From positions 92,690,001 to 92,754,000 of the forward strand of contig OX597820.1 in NCBI GenBank assembly GCA_951406725.2: a DNA stretch of 64,000 nt, read 5' to 3'. Below the pieces are notes generated by a model. That model had not been told where the DNA came from, made no database searches, and was given only the letters and a program-made list of their open reading frames with translations. Position 1 is the stretch's first letter. Every line of letters begins with the position of its first letter. Source of the DNA: Octopus vulgaris (taxonomy: Eukaryota). The position numbers and the translations under genes were made by a program. Positions 12,930 to 24,899 of this stretch are shown here, one piece after another.

Positions 12930-13700
12930 ATTAGTGATTAACTCTTGAGAAGTGGAATACCTTGGTTTGCCACAGGGAAGATGAAACGCCAGACATGAGT
13001 GAGTAATGGTTTCTGATTAGTGAAATTAATAAAGTGGAATTACAAGGTGACATTTGTTGGACGGTGGTAAAAATGGGGAGATGAACAAGAAGGGATATAG
13101 TAAATATAAGGTGAACAGAAAGCAACCTGGTAATCAATACGAAATTTAGCAAATTTGAGAAGAACGAGGAGAGGTTTGAGAATTTGCAAACGAAGAGAAA
13201 GAGAGAAGGAAAGTGCTGCGGTTAGAAGAAGGGAATGAAAAATATGCAACTGAAGCTGCAAACCTGCAAATGTTAGATTGAGAAGGGTCTGTTAGAAGAA
13301 TGAAATGTGTTCATTTATGCATGCGAGAAAGGAATTCTTATAATGACGTGGTACGATTTTATGCCTTTTCGATGGCTCGACAAACTAAGAGATGATCTAC
13401 AAAGTGCAATGGTGACTTAGAATTCCTGGCTGTGAATATCGATCACATAATTGACTGTTGGTTTCACCCGCAATAGAAATTTGCGAAGTTTACAAGTGTT
13501 GCCGTAAATCAGATTGGCAATGTACAGTCAAAGAGATCAATAACTTGGCATTGAGTTTGGCCATTAGTTATAAGTGTACTGAGGATAATGGGAAATATGT
13601 AGAAAATAGCGAAGGAGAAATTGTAGGTCTAGAATGTCATTTTCTAATTGGTTCTCAACGTGACTGGAGATAGAATTACATCTCAACATCTCATCAAAAT
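12930..13700 (-). mobile_element. Highly decayed LINE (L1/Tx1-like) relic
   Basis: Pyrimidine-rich minus strand with an RT-like HFVDH (FADD-like) and LLKFAK...SPYIYY, a motif shared with 14107-14440. Confidence 0.35.
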
Positions 13701-14106
13701 AATTAATAACATAAAAGTATTCAATATGTTTCTCTATAAACATCGACATTATTCTCCAGACCTAACATTATATTGAGTTATATGTTTTATCCTTAATAAA
13801 CATATTTACGTCCTAAAATTATGAACTAACTTTATGGTGGTCATTTTTAATTGAAAGAATATAAATTATATAGTGCTTTAGATTCTGGTAAATTCAACTT
13901 AGCTTTTTTTACATCAAAGTTTTGTATGTTTCTTAATAATTGTTTGATAAACTACATTTCGCAATCATTTAGCTCTATACGATTTTATTGCCGTTCTCGT
14001 TACGAATCTCGTCATCTTCCTCGTAATATAGAAATAATCATAGAAGTGTTAAGACATATTTCTATTTCATATTATAGGGTATCTTACATTATTGACGGCG
14101 GGTTTC

Positions 14107-14440
14107 TCATTCTGATGGACATTTGAAAGCGAGTGTTAAATGAGAGACTTTGCAAAGCGCCAAGTTGTTGAATATGAATGGAGAAATAAACAGGGCGCTA
14201 GCAAACTTGATATAGTAAACAAGGGGAGAATGGAGCATAGCAAGGATACGACCGATAAGAATTTTTGCAAATTTAATAAGTAGCGCAAGATTAATAGATT
14301 TGGAGATCGATGGTGGGAGAGGGTTATGGTCAAGAGAAAGGCAGAAGAAATATATAAGGGTTACCAAATTACCGACTTGTTAAACAGATTGCGGTGTGTT
14401 GGAAGATGAGATACAGGCATTAATGAATGTGAGCTTGGGA
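14107..14440 (-). mobile_element. Second relic of the same old LINE family
   Basis: INLALLIKFAK...SPLVYY parallels LLVLLKFAK...SPYIYY at ~13100-13170. Confidence 0.35.
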
Positions 14441-14749
14441 TACTCAGATAAACTATATATTTTTTTAATCATTTAAGATTATTCCAGTTATAAAAGCAAT
14501 CAGTATCTGGAATAAATAATTGTTCTCAAGAAACGGCAGGGCAGATATGTGAAATATGTTAATTAATGAAACTTAATTATAGAGTGTCGTGTTTGATTTT
14601 TAGCAGCACAATGACAACTCTATACAGCTTTATGTCTTCTTAGACTAAGCTTTTATTCGTTACGGCATAACGTAATATTGGATATCATTGTATAATTCCC
14701 AGAGTGAATAGTTAACAGGGGGAGATTGGGCATTAATACAAAATGTTGA

Positions 14750-15690
14750 GCATAATTAAGGCACATCCTGCTGACTATCACCAATATAATGGTTTTCCGG
14801 TGGAATCCATCGAGAAAAGGAGGATCGACTCGTATTCAGTAAAGTATCTTCCTAATGTTTTAAATTTTAGAAGGAAAATTGTGTAAGACATGTTTGAGAG
14901 TTTAGAGCCAGTTATTGTACGTTAGGTTGCCTATAGTTACTCGTTGTACAAGAATTGTAGTTGCTGATGTTTAGGATGTTTCCCTGCTTAAAGTTATTAA
15001 AGGATGCCAAGTATTCTTCATGCCTGATGTAACTTATATAAATTTGAAGACTGAGGAATCTACCTTTTATATGAACTAGAACGTAGTCGATGAAACTGTT
15101 TGTAGTTGACTTGGGCATTTTCATCATAAACGTTCTTGTGTTACTTTTTATTAATATTCTTTTAAAAACACAATAGGAAAAGTCTCTACACCAATTGAAT
15201 TTCAATCATCATCAAGCAAACTGAATACTATTATTATCCAGGTAGAATAACAGTTACATTTAGTAATTTCAGTCAATGCAACTTTAAGAAATGTATCACG
15301 AAATATTAGCGATATATTTCTTCCGTCACACAAGGTATCGACAATTCTGCATTTAAGGTACTAATACTGTCTCGTTCTCTTCATGGGGAATGTGAATATA
15401 ACACGTTTCTCCTGTTTATACTGAAGGGAATTCTAAATGTATCAAGTTCTTGAAATGAACTACTGAATATTAAGCACAGCACGCTATCTCTAAAGGCTAA
15501 AACAATATCTATACTCGAGTGACATGTCCTATATAAATATTCAACGAGTGATGTACGCGAATGTTGTGATTTTGTGTCTAGAAATGTTTAATTACTTATG
15601 GATTCATATATTCATTACAGCACCGACATATGCTTAAGTATCTTGATAATTAAAAATCTCAACAAATTACTAAAACCTTCATGATCTGCT
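14750..15690 (-). pseudogene. Decayed Cys-rich family copy E
   Basis: MKVLVIC start-like segment, TCHSSI, ACCA*Y (15484-15467), EITKCN (15270-15253), LDNNSIQFA* (15241-15212). The last is in frame with ORF 14912-15205, which contains VFKRI, ASFNNF..ILNI and NSCTTSNYRQP. Confidence 0.55.
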
Positions 15691-16229
15691 TCTAAGTCAA
15701 ATATAAATTATTTTCTATGCAAAACAGTAAATTATTTTCATTGGAGAGCAATAGTAAATACGAATAAAAACAAACTTGAGAAACCATTCAATGTGATGTG
15801 TATTGTGCATAGGTGGGCGTATGTGCGTATTCAATTTGTAAAACAGGATGGCTGCCATCAGTTGCTATTCAATGAGCGATGAACGAGCGCGATAGCTACT
15901 GTATTGTAGCTGAAATTACTAGAAATAACAGCTAAAGATCAATCAAAAATCAATGCCTATTAACTCTGTGTCCAGTTCCTATTAAAATAGGGACAGGGCA
16001 CATTTGATAATGTATTTGTAAACATACTTGAAAAAATGGAATGATTTTGTTAAATATAATCACAAAGGTATAAATATGATTGAAAATTTGATTAATTTCA
16101 TCATCTCGTTTGCTTGAAATGAATAGTGAAGAAAATCACAGAAGAACATTCATACTGAAAGTCCTGACGTCTATCTTTAATAGCTAAATGATTTACTTCT
16201 AGAACGATTTTGATATTTTGTCGTCCGGG

Positions 16230-17500
16230 GAAATATTATAGTGACGCATTGAAAATCGAAATACCCACTCAAATTTGGGAGCAGATGCTAGATAACTGTT
16301 AAATCCTTGCATACTGTGCTAAATTTTAAAAACATACATTGGGTCGACCACCTTGCTAGGAATCACGTGCTGCGCATGGTATGCAAATGTCCCACGATGT
16401 TTTTGAAGTGAGCCGTAAAAAAGCCAAAATAAAGAACAATTGAGTGTTAAGATAATGTAGAATTGCTGTTTTGCAGAGTAGTAGCACGTATTCCCAGCCA
16501 CTAATTAATTACTAGTGATATATCTATAGCTTAAAATAATCATCCACGTGTGTACGCACACTCATGTCTATCTGTCATATTTTGACCTTTCCCTTCAACA
16601 TTTGAACTCAATTCACTCATCTGAACTTAAGTTACAATATTTTCGCATTGATGTATGTGTGCGTGAGGGAATTGGGTGGATATTCCTAGAAATGAAATGA
16701 TTTATTCGCTTACATTCATTGCTAGTATGTTACTTTCCTGATATTACATTTACCATGCAACAGTCTATGGGGAGTTTCTCTTTCGTAAATTGCCCTCATA
16801 TGAATCTCATATTCATTCCATAGAAATTATATTGGGAGTAATTGCATTTTATTGTCGTTTGTCGAATCTATATACATATAAGATATTCGATTAGCACTGG
16901 AAAAATAGTATATTCACGTTTTATGCACGTACATTTGCTCTCTCTAAAGATAATTTTATTTTGAGCAATGACGTCGTTTCGTTCTCGAGAAAACTTTTAT
17001 TCTCTTATTACTGTATTCCTGAACTAGTATCACAACAGATTGAGTAATCAATTTAATGCTTACCAACAATACGTCGTTAACTGATATAATTAGCCATTAT
17101 TAAATATGGTGGCATCTATCTCAACATTTTTGTTTCTGATATCACGTGACGTCAGGAGTCATGCGGTTACCACAAGTATTATAAAAGCTTTTTCATTTGT
17201 TCATACTTGTAACTTAAATATTTTCTTACATTATATTTAGTGCACATAGAAAAATTGATATGTAACTTCTCCAGTATTTTCTAATTACATTATATATTAT
17301 GATAAAAATTGAGGAAAAAAATATTAATGATATAATGATTACAGTTTTACAAATGGGAGTTCATTCAGTATACTACAACTACAATAGTATTACAGAAAAT
17401 TTTTTTGAACTTCCTCACTTCATCTCTATAATTTATTCACAAAATCTGTGAATTCACTAAAAATTAACATCGGTTCAACCTGTTACTTTTCACTTTTTAA
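16230..17500 (+). pseudogene. Decayed Cys-rich family copy F
   Basis: DNC*ILAYCAKF, TCCAWY, MIYS..HC..C, FVNCP, YCIPELVSQ (17009-17035), GIYLNIF (17111-17131), KICEFTK/NIGSTC (~17441-17484). Confidence 0.5.
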
Positions 17501-17812
17501 GACACCTCAACAGCGTAGGCGAATTGAATTGTGTCAAAGTGCAATGACTGTGCCAGTTTTTGCTTTACTCGATTTTTTCTGTTAAAAAAGATATTAGTAA
17601 AACTTTTAACAATTGAGTGACTCATAGAAAACCATTGTAATAGAAACTGTTGTCCTGTTCACGCACATGAAACTAGATAGTAATGAAACAATACCATGAT
17701 CTGCATCTGCTGGAAAATGTTGCCCTAAACAACATCAAGAGCAAAACCATTTTCAAAGGTGTATCCTTTAAGCTATTTTCATGTCTGATTATTATTGTTA
17801 TTTCTGTTCCAT

Positions 17813-17972
17813 TCTGACAAAACTGTCCGACGAACGGGAACGTAAAACTCTGAGTAACAGTTTTGTGATATTTCTGCTGCTTTTCAATAAAGCATATTAC
17901 TCTACCTCTGTTATTTGAGTACTCTTTCTCCCCCTTGTTTCGCATTTATGTGCTTACTCCGGTACATATATA
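17813..17972 (+). mobile_element. Penelope-type end fragment with a minimal hammerhead-like motif (G12->A)
   Basis: AAACTGT-CCGACGA-ACG GGAA CGT-AAAA-CTC T GAG-TA-ACAGTTT. Homologous to 1890-2130. Confidence 0.65.
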
Positions 17973-18499
17973 TAAGTAATCGTAATCCCCTTCACCGTTT
18001 TCTATCTGTCTCTTTCTCTCCCCATCTTTCTCCCTTTCTCTCTTTCATTGCTAACACATGACCATCTTTCTTTTCCTCACGTGATCAACTATCTCTTCTC
18101 TTATGAAAAAATATTTCTCCAGCGTTTGCTATTTTACCCTCGTTCAGGTCTATAACGACCCTCCATGTTTGTTTTCGTTCGGTTTTCTTATATGTCTCCA
18201 CTGTCCTGTTTTTGTTCCTAACTTTGACCCTCCAGAAATCCAAAATTTTATTTTGGTATTTCTGGGAGCAACTGTCTTCGAAGACTCATATAGAAATACT
18301 AGAAATGACGAGTAGATAGACAGCCGACAACTAAGGAGTCATTCAATGAGTTACTTGTCCTGTTTTCCATCTTTTTCTCTCGTTGTTTGCGTATTGAACT
18401 CATTTGTGTTCGTATTTCATGTTGTTTACTGTTGGTAACGCTCTGTACCCATATACGAATATATATATATATATACGTATGTATTTATCTATCTGTCTA

Positions 18500-18698
18500 T
18501 GTTTGTCCCTACACCATCACTTGACAATCAATGTTAGTTTGTTTACATCCCCGTCACCTAGCGGTTCGGCCAAGTGACCGATAGATTTACTACATGGCTT
18601 ACAAAGAATGGGTCGTGCGGTCTATTCGTTTGACTAAATGCAGTAACCCAGCATGGCTACAGTCAAATGACTGAAACAAGTAGAAGAAATAAAAGAAT
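18500..18698 (+). mobile_element. SINE family 1, diverged 3' half
   Basis: tttgtcccc...ttacatccccgtcacctagcggttcggc...gtcaaatgactgaaacaag. Confidence 0.8.
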
Positions 18699-18956
18699 AT
18701 ATGCATGTTCTGTTTTTTTAGTATATATATATATATATATATCAGTATTGAATTATGAGAAGAAAGTGGAGAGTTAATGGCTTATAATTGTATATTAATA
18801 AATTGATAATTATTTCTTCTCATAGTTGTTTCTATTTATATTCATTGAATAAATTTAAAATGTGTGCATTAAATTTGCATTTTTAAGTTATGAGCAAAAT
18901 ATCAGGAAAAGTTAGACATTTAAATAATTACATGTAGACCTATCTATTATAATATA

Positions 18957-18977
18957 TACTACTACTACTACTACTAT

Positions 18978-19013
<36 letters not shown>

Positions 19014-19114
19014 CACTACTACTACTACTACCACCACAACTACTACTACCACTAATACTAATACTATTAATACTAATACTACTACGACTACGACTACTAC
19101 TATTACTACTACTA
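18957..19114. repeat. (TAC)n microsatellite
   Basis: Direct reading. Confidence 0.95.
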
Positions 19115-19116
19115 CC

Positions 19117-19642
19117 CCTTTCTAACTAGAAAGGGTATGGCCTGGTCAGCCTGTAATGACATGCATAAGATCTGGGGATCAAATCTAAGTAGAGACTTCA
19201 AACTTGAAATCTTCAAAGCCACAGTCGAACCAATTCTACTATATGGCTCAGAAACCTGGACGTTATCAAAGAAGCTTGAGAGGCGGTTGGATGGAACCTA
19301 CACTCGCCTCCTTATGAGAGCTCAAAATCTCTCGTGGAAGCGCCATCCAACCAAAATGCAAATATATGGGAAACTACCACCTCTGTCATCTCTTGTGAAA
19401 GGTAAGAGAGTCCAGTTTGCTGGACTTTGTTGTAGAGCTGAAAAAGAGGTAATTTCTACTCTTCTCCTCTGGAAGCCATCTACTCGCAATACCAGAGGGC
19501 GCACACTCTCCTACCCTGATGTAATCTCCAGGGATACAGGCATCCAGCAACAGGACCTCCGTAATGCCATGATGGACCGTGAAGTCTGGCGTAGCATGGT
19601 ATATTCCATTGTCTCGACCACGGTCGAACAATGATGATGATG
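19117..19642 (+). mobile_element. 5'-truncated RTE-clade LINE, open ORF2 C-terminus
   Basis: ORF 19137-19634 (KIW..LSRDFKLEIFKATVEPILLYGSETWTL...QFAG) is the classic post-RT region. Ends in (ATG)n and is embedded between (TAC)n tracts. Confidence 0.9.
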
Positions 19643-20401
19643 ACTACTACTACTACTACTACTACCGCTGCTGCTCCTACTACTACTACTACAACTACTA
19701 CTACTCGCGTTGTTATTATTAATATAGGTCAATTTGTAATTTTTGCTCAACTTATAAATGCAATTTTAATGCACAAATTTGTCATTTATTCAATGAGTAT
19801 AAACGGAAACAGCTATAGGAAGTAATTATCAATTTCTCAATAAATAATTATTAACCACTAATTCTCCATTCTCTTCTCTTAATTTGATACAGATTTTATA
19901 CTTAATATATATCTATTGATTTAAGGAAATTTTATTTCCCCAAAATATAAGGTATGGAACCAGTGTTTTGGGGATGTAATAATCCCTTTAAGAGGTTAAT
20001 ATATTCTCTAATTAACTTAGACACATACACTCACACATACACACATACACACACACACACACACATACACACACATGCACACACACACACACATATCTAT
20101 TATATAAAATCCGTTCTGTCTGTGTGTGTGTCTTCTAGGATCTCGGGCATCCTCCATCCGATTGAAAAAAATTACAAAAATCGATTCCAGAGGACAATGC
20201 GAACGATAAAGTGAATAAAATCGTTTTTCTTTGGAATAGAAAAAATGTATTTATTTCTTCTTTTGCTGGTGTCTCAAATTTAGGTTAAATCATTGCTTCT
20301 CAAAAGGAAGGCCTATAGGACAGTCAGACAAGTTTTGAGAAAATTCGGTTTAAATGTTTGACAACTCAGCACCGTCCCTTGAACGGGGGTGCATTTTGCT
20401 C

Positions 20402-20456
<55 letters not shown>

Positions 20457-20500
20457 TAATCCCTGATACAGTTCCAGGCTGTGGAACTCATGGTTTCTGA

Positions 20501-21028
20501 TCCTACATACATACGGAGAAGATAGACAGACAGCAGACAGACAGACAGATAGTCAGACAGATAGATAGATATGCACAAATCATTTGGATTTACTAGAGAT
20601 TCTTTAGAGAAGTTAAATTTGTTGAGCACTAGCGTCACGGGGATGACGCTTTATTTATGATCCTACGTAAAAGCAAAGTGTGCGTTACTGTTACAATAGG
20701 AATATGGGTAAACAGAAAACAAAGTACACTAATTATAAATAATACGTACAATAACTAATAGTAGTATTCGTACTAGTGATGAGCATATATTGAAAGATGA
20801 TTGTAATGATGGATCTGCAATTACTGATATGACATGTATGAATAAAATTCATACGAATAATGGTCGGAGCATAATTAGTAACACTGTGGGTGAAAACAAC
20901 ATTAGCGAGTATAATATTAATTTCACTAAGACGCATAAATTTAGACAATACAAACACCATGTCAGGCGAAGATTACATGATGATCACATAATATGGTATA
21001 ACTCACCCTAAGACTGTAGCATAATAAC
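20501..21028. repeat. ~530-bp local duplication, copy 1
   Basis: Near-identical to 22777-23288; the duplicated ORFs in the track differ by a few residues. Confidence 0.95.
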
Positions 21029-21243
21029 GGAACAGCTATTCCTTCGATAAATAATTTACCCCACCACCATATAGTAGTTATCACCACATATTCAAGAAAT
21101 GTAAGATGTGAATTTCTTTACCATATATGGAAACCATTATGGCGGCCATAAACAAGCACAATATCACACTGGCCCGTAACAATGAAAGTGGTGAAATCAT
21201 TACGAATATTAATAGTGATAATAATTATATCAATAACAATACC

Positions 21244-21305
<62 letters not shown>

Positions 21306-21422
21306 CAGCAGCGGTAGTAGTAATCGTAGTAGTAGTAGCAGCGGCAGTAATAGTAGTTGAAGTAGTAGTAGCAGTATCAGTGGTGGTAGTTGTAGTAGAA
21401 GTAGTAGCATCAGCAGCGGTGG

Positions 21423-21490
<68 letters not shown>
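21244..21490. repeat. (AGT)n compound microsatellite
   Basis: Direct reading. It explains the poly-T/V/S/L ORFs. Confidence 0.95.
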
Positions 21491-22589
21491 CGAATAATAG
21501 TAACATTATCATTAATATAAACGATAATGGCACCAGCAATGATAATAGTACACCTTGTTATAATGAAACTAGCAGCTACAATGTCAATAACCCTACCAAC
21601 TACGACTGTAGTAATAGCAGTTCTCGCGGAATACATGCCACTAGAGCTGGCTGCAGCAGTCAAATAGCTAAATTAGTGATCATCCTGTCAATTGTCAGCT
21701 TACTTCCTCAACTGTCAATATTGTCACACATCAGACACGCGACAGGTGTCTGTCGAGATATCGGAGATAAGAGCCAAGCGATTAACCTTGGTACCTTTTA
21801 TGGCACGGACATAACACCTTGTAATCATACTGAGTTTCGTCTGGATGTGTAATTCGCAATTCTTCAAGACCAGACCAATGGTCCTAATACCGTTAGCTTT
21901 AATGACAGTACTGTCATAATGCCTCTTCCGAAATGTTCAATAGTTTAGAAATATATAATCAGCATTCTTCACCGTGCTCAAGTGACACTAGTAATACTTG
22001 AAACCAGTCGTCTAATGAATTATGTAACTTTGAAGGTACATAAACACTTCACAACCAATTTTCAACCTTTAAAAATCGGGATAAGGCTAATGTGACGTCA
22101 CTTGCAACAACTGAGGGAACTGAAATATAGAAAATTTGCATTCCACATTGCCTGGAAGATTAAAAGAAAAGCATCATCGTAATTAAGTGATAAGCACCTG
22201 TGCATCATTTGCTTCGCTGAATTGTGGGAATCCTTTAAATATCCAGTTTTGACTGATATTTGCAGTGTGGTGGTATCTCTTAGCATTTAAATAATAATTA
22301 TTACCTTTGAAGGTTTTTATTCCTATGCTGGCCATAATTAAATAACGGTATATAAATAACGATCGTATCCATATTTATATAAATTTATATATTTATTTCG
22401 TCATTAAATTAACTGCGGTGATATTTTGACCATATCGCACAAGGAGTTTTAGGCAGGAAATTTAAACTGGTCGTGTGCATATATATATATATAATCAAAA
22501 TTTATGATCGTTGACTGATGACTGAGGGCTATTCCGTCTGTGTTCTTTGTCGTCTCTGTGTTTCATGTTCTTGTCCATGTCTGTAATTA

Positions 22590-22716
<127 letters not shown>

Positions 22717-22776
22717 ACGTTCGTATATGTAAGTATTCGTATGGTGTATATATATATCCTACATACATACAGAGAA

Positions 22777-23432
22777 GATAGACAGACAACAGACAGACAG
22801 ACAGACAGATAGTCAGACAGATAGATAGATATGCACAATTCATTTGGATTTACTAAAGATTCTTTAGAGAAGTTAAATTTGTTGAGCACTAGCGTCACGG
22901 GGATGACGCTTTATTTATGATCCTACGTAAAAGCAAAGTGTGCGTTACTGTTACAATAGGGATATGGGTAAACAGTAAACAAAGTACACTAATTATAAAT
23001 AATACGTGCAATAACTAATAGTAGTATTCGCACTAGTGATGAGCATATATTGAAAGATGATTGTAATGATGGATCTGCAATTACTGATATGACATGTATG
23101 AATAAAATTCATACGAATAATGGTCGGAGCATAATTAGTAACACTGTGGGTGAAAACAACATTCGCGAGTATAATATTAATTTCACTAAGACGCATAAAT
23201 TTAGACAATACAAACACCATGTCAGGCGAAGTTTACATGATGATGACATAATATGGTATAACTCACCCTAAGACTGTAGCATAATAACAGATAGTCAGAC
23301 AGATAGATAGATATGCTGTATATATATATCCTACATACATACAGAGAAGATAGACAGACAGCAGACAGACAGACAGATAGTCAGACAGATAGATAGATAT
23401 GCACAATTCATTTGGATTTACTAAAGATTCTT
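22777..23432. repeat. Local duplication copy 2 plus a partial third copy of its first ~105 bp
   Basis: tcctacatacatacagagaagatagacagac... occurs at 22777 and again at 23328. Confidence 0.92.
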
Positions 23433-23473
23433 TAAAGTAGTTAAATATATGCGTTTATGTGTTAACTGAGTAT

Positions 23474-23532
23474 ATTCCACTGATGAAAGCAGAGCATTTC
23501 TTATACAGAGTCAGAAATCCGGGATCTGGAAT
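23474..23532 (+). ncRNA. Degenerate type-I hammerhead ribozyme
   Basis: ATTCCA-CTGATGA-(27 nt, helix II not paired)-GAAA-TCC G GGA-TC-TGGAAT. Confidence 0.5.
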
Positions 23533-23702
23533 TATCCAGTATTTTTTTTTTGCTAGTTTATTTTGTCTCTTGTCTTCTCTCATGTTGGTGTATGAATATT
23601 TAATGTGTTTTTAGAATCAAGTTTTGGCTGCTATTTCCAGCGTGGTGGTATCTCTTAGATACCCTAAATTATAATTAATCTATATATGTATATGTAGATA
23701 TG

Positions 23703-23761
<59 letters not shown>

Positions 23762-23872
23762 ATGTATGTATATAAATACGAGAGTAAGCAAGTGGAAAAA
23801 TAATAATCGAACGTTGGGAGTAGACTAATATGCTTTATTAATAAAGCATGTATATATATATATATATATATA

Positions 23873-24140
23873 TAAGTTCAGCAAAAATCTAGATTCAGAT
23901 GAACATGGTTCTTAAGTTAAAGGCACCGGAATTCGGTATGGTATTATCCATATAAATGAAATGGGGCGATTATAATCAAAATAAGCAACAAGGATATCCA
24001 AAGATAAAAATTCCATATGTTGCTGAAGAGCACTCTACATTTTAAAACTGATGTAATACTTACATTGTTTAATTAAATGAAGTAGCATGAAACGATTGTA
24101 CTACACTAACTTTGGATATCCTTGTTGCTTATTTTAATTG
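23873..24140. mobile_element. Penelope-type end fragment with an inverted tail and a decayed hammerhead
   Basis: Nearly identical to 49437-49598. aatcaaaataagcaacaaggatatccaaag is inverted at ~24110-24139. CTGAAGA...GAAACGATTGTA at ~24023-24100. Confidence 0.65.
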
Positions 24141-24899
24141 TACATATATATATATAGTTGAAATTTATAGAAAAACAAAAGACTGAGACAGGTATATAAA
24201 CAGCACGCTCGTTCATTAGTTTGACGCCCGGGAAAATAAAATTGTCTCTTAAGTTTCGAGCCTACGCTCTTCAACAGAAAGAAATAAGAGAAAATAAACA
24301 GAGAGATAATAATAATATATATATCTCAAAGCATATGTGTATGTTTTTGGTGTTTTCGTGGCTCCTGAAATGGCATGCATGTGGTTACTTTTTGGGCTTT
24401 AAAGTGAACAATCTTACGAATAAGAAATACTTCTCTTTACTGAATTATTCTTAATTTAATTGTTGTTCGGGGGCATGGAAGACTAAGAATATCACAAAAT
24501 TCAAATTTTGTTTCAGGACCATAAAATGATGCAACAAACTAATAGAAACTTTCGGAATGGACACTTTGAAAGGGTAAGGAATAGAAGTAGAGGAAAAGGA
24601 ACAGCACTTACCATGCAAAATTGACAGAGAATATAACGAATATTCAGTAATCAAACAAAAGACTAAGAACCAGAGAATACATACTAAATGATCTGGAATG
24701 GTTACAATAATTTACTGACAAACCATTTCATTAATATCTATACACAAACACAAATTCCTCTTCAAACTTCTATAAATAATGAGACTGAAACCACAGTCGG
24801 GAACCTTAACATAGATGATTGTACCGCAATGCTGACAGTAAAACAGAATTTATGCAAATATCAAGAACCATGAATCAAATTGAATGAATAACCTAACAA

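Noticed and set aside
20770-20805. Hammerhead-like GTGATGA..GAAA in the 530-bp duplication
   Set aside because: C3 is missing and helices I-III do not pair.
24245-24282. TTGAAGAGCGTAGGCTCGAAAC (minus strand) hammerhead-like string
   Set aside because: The core and helix II overlap and helix I is absent. At most it is a deleted relic.
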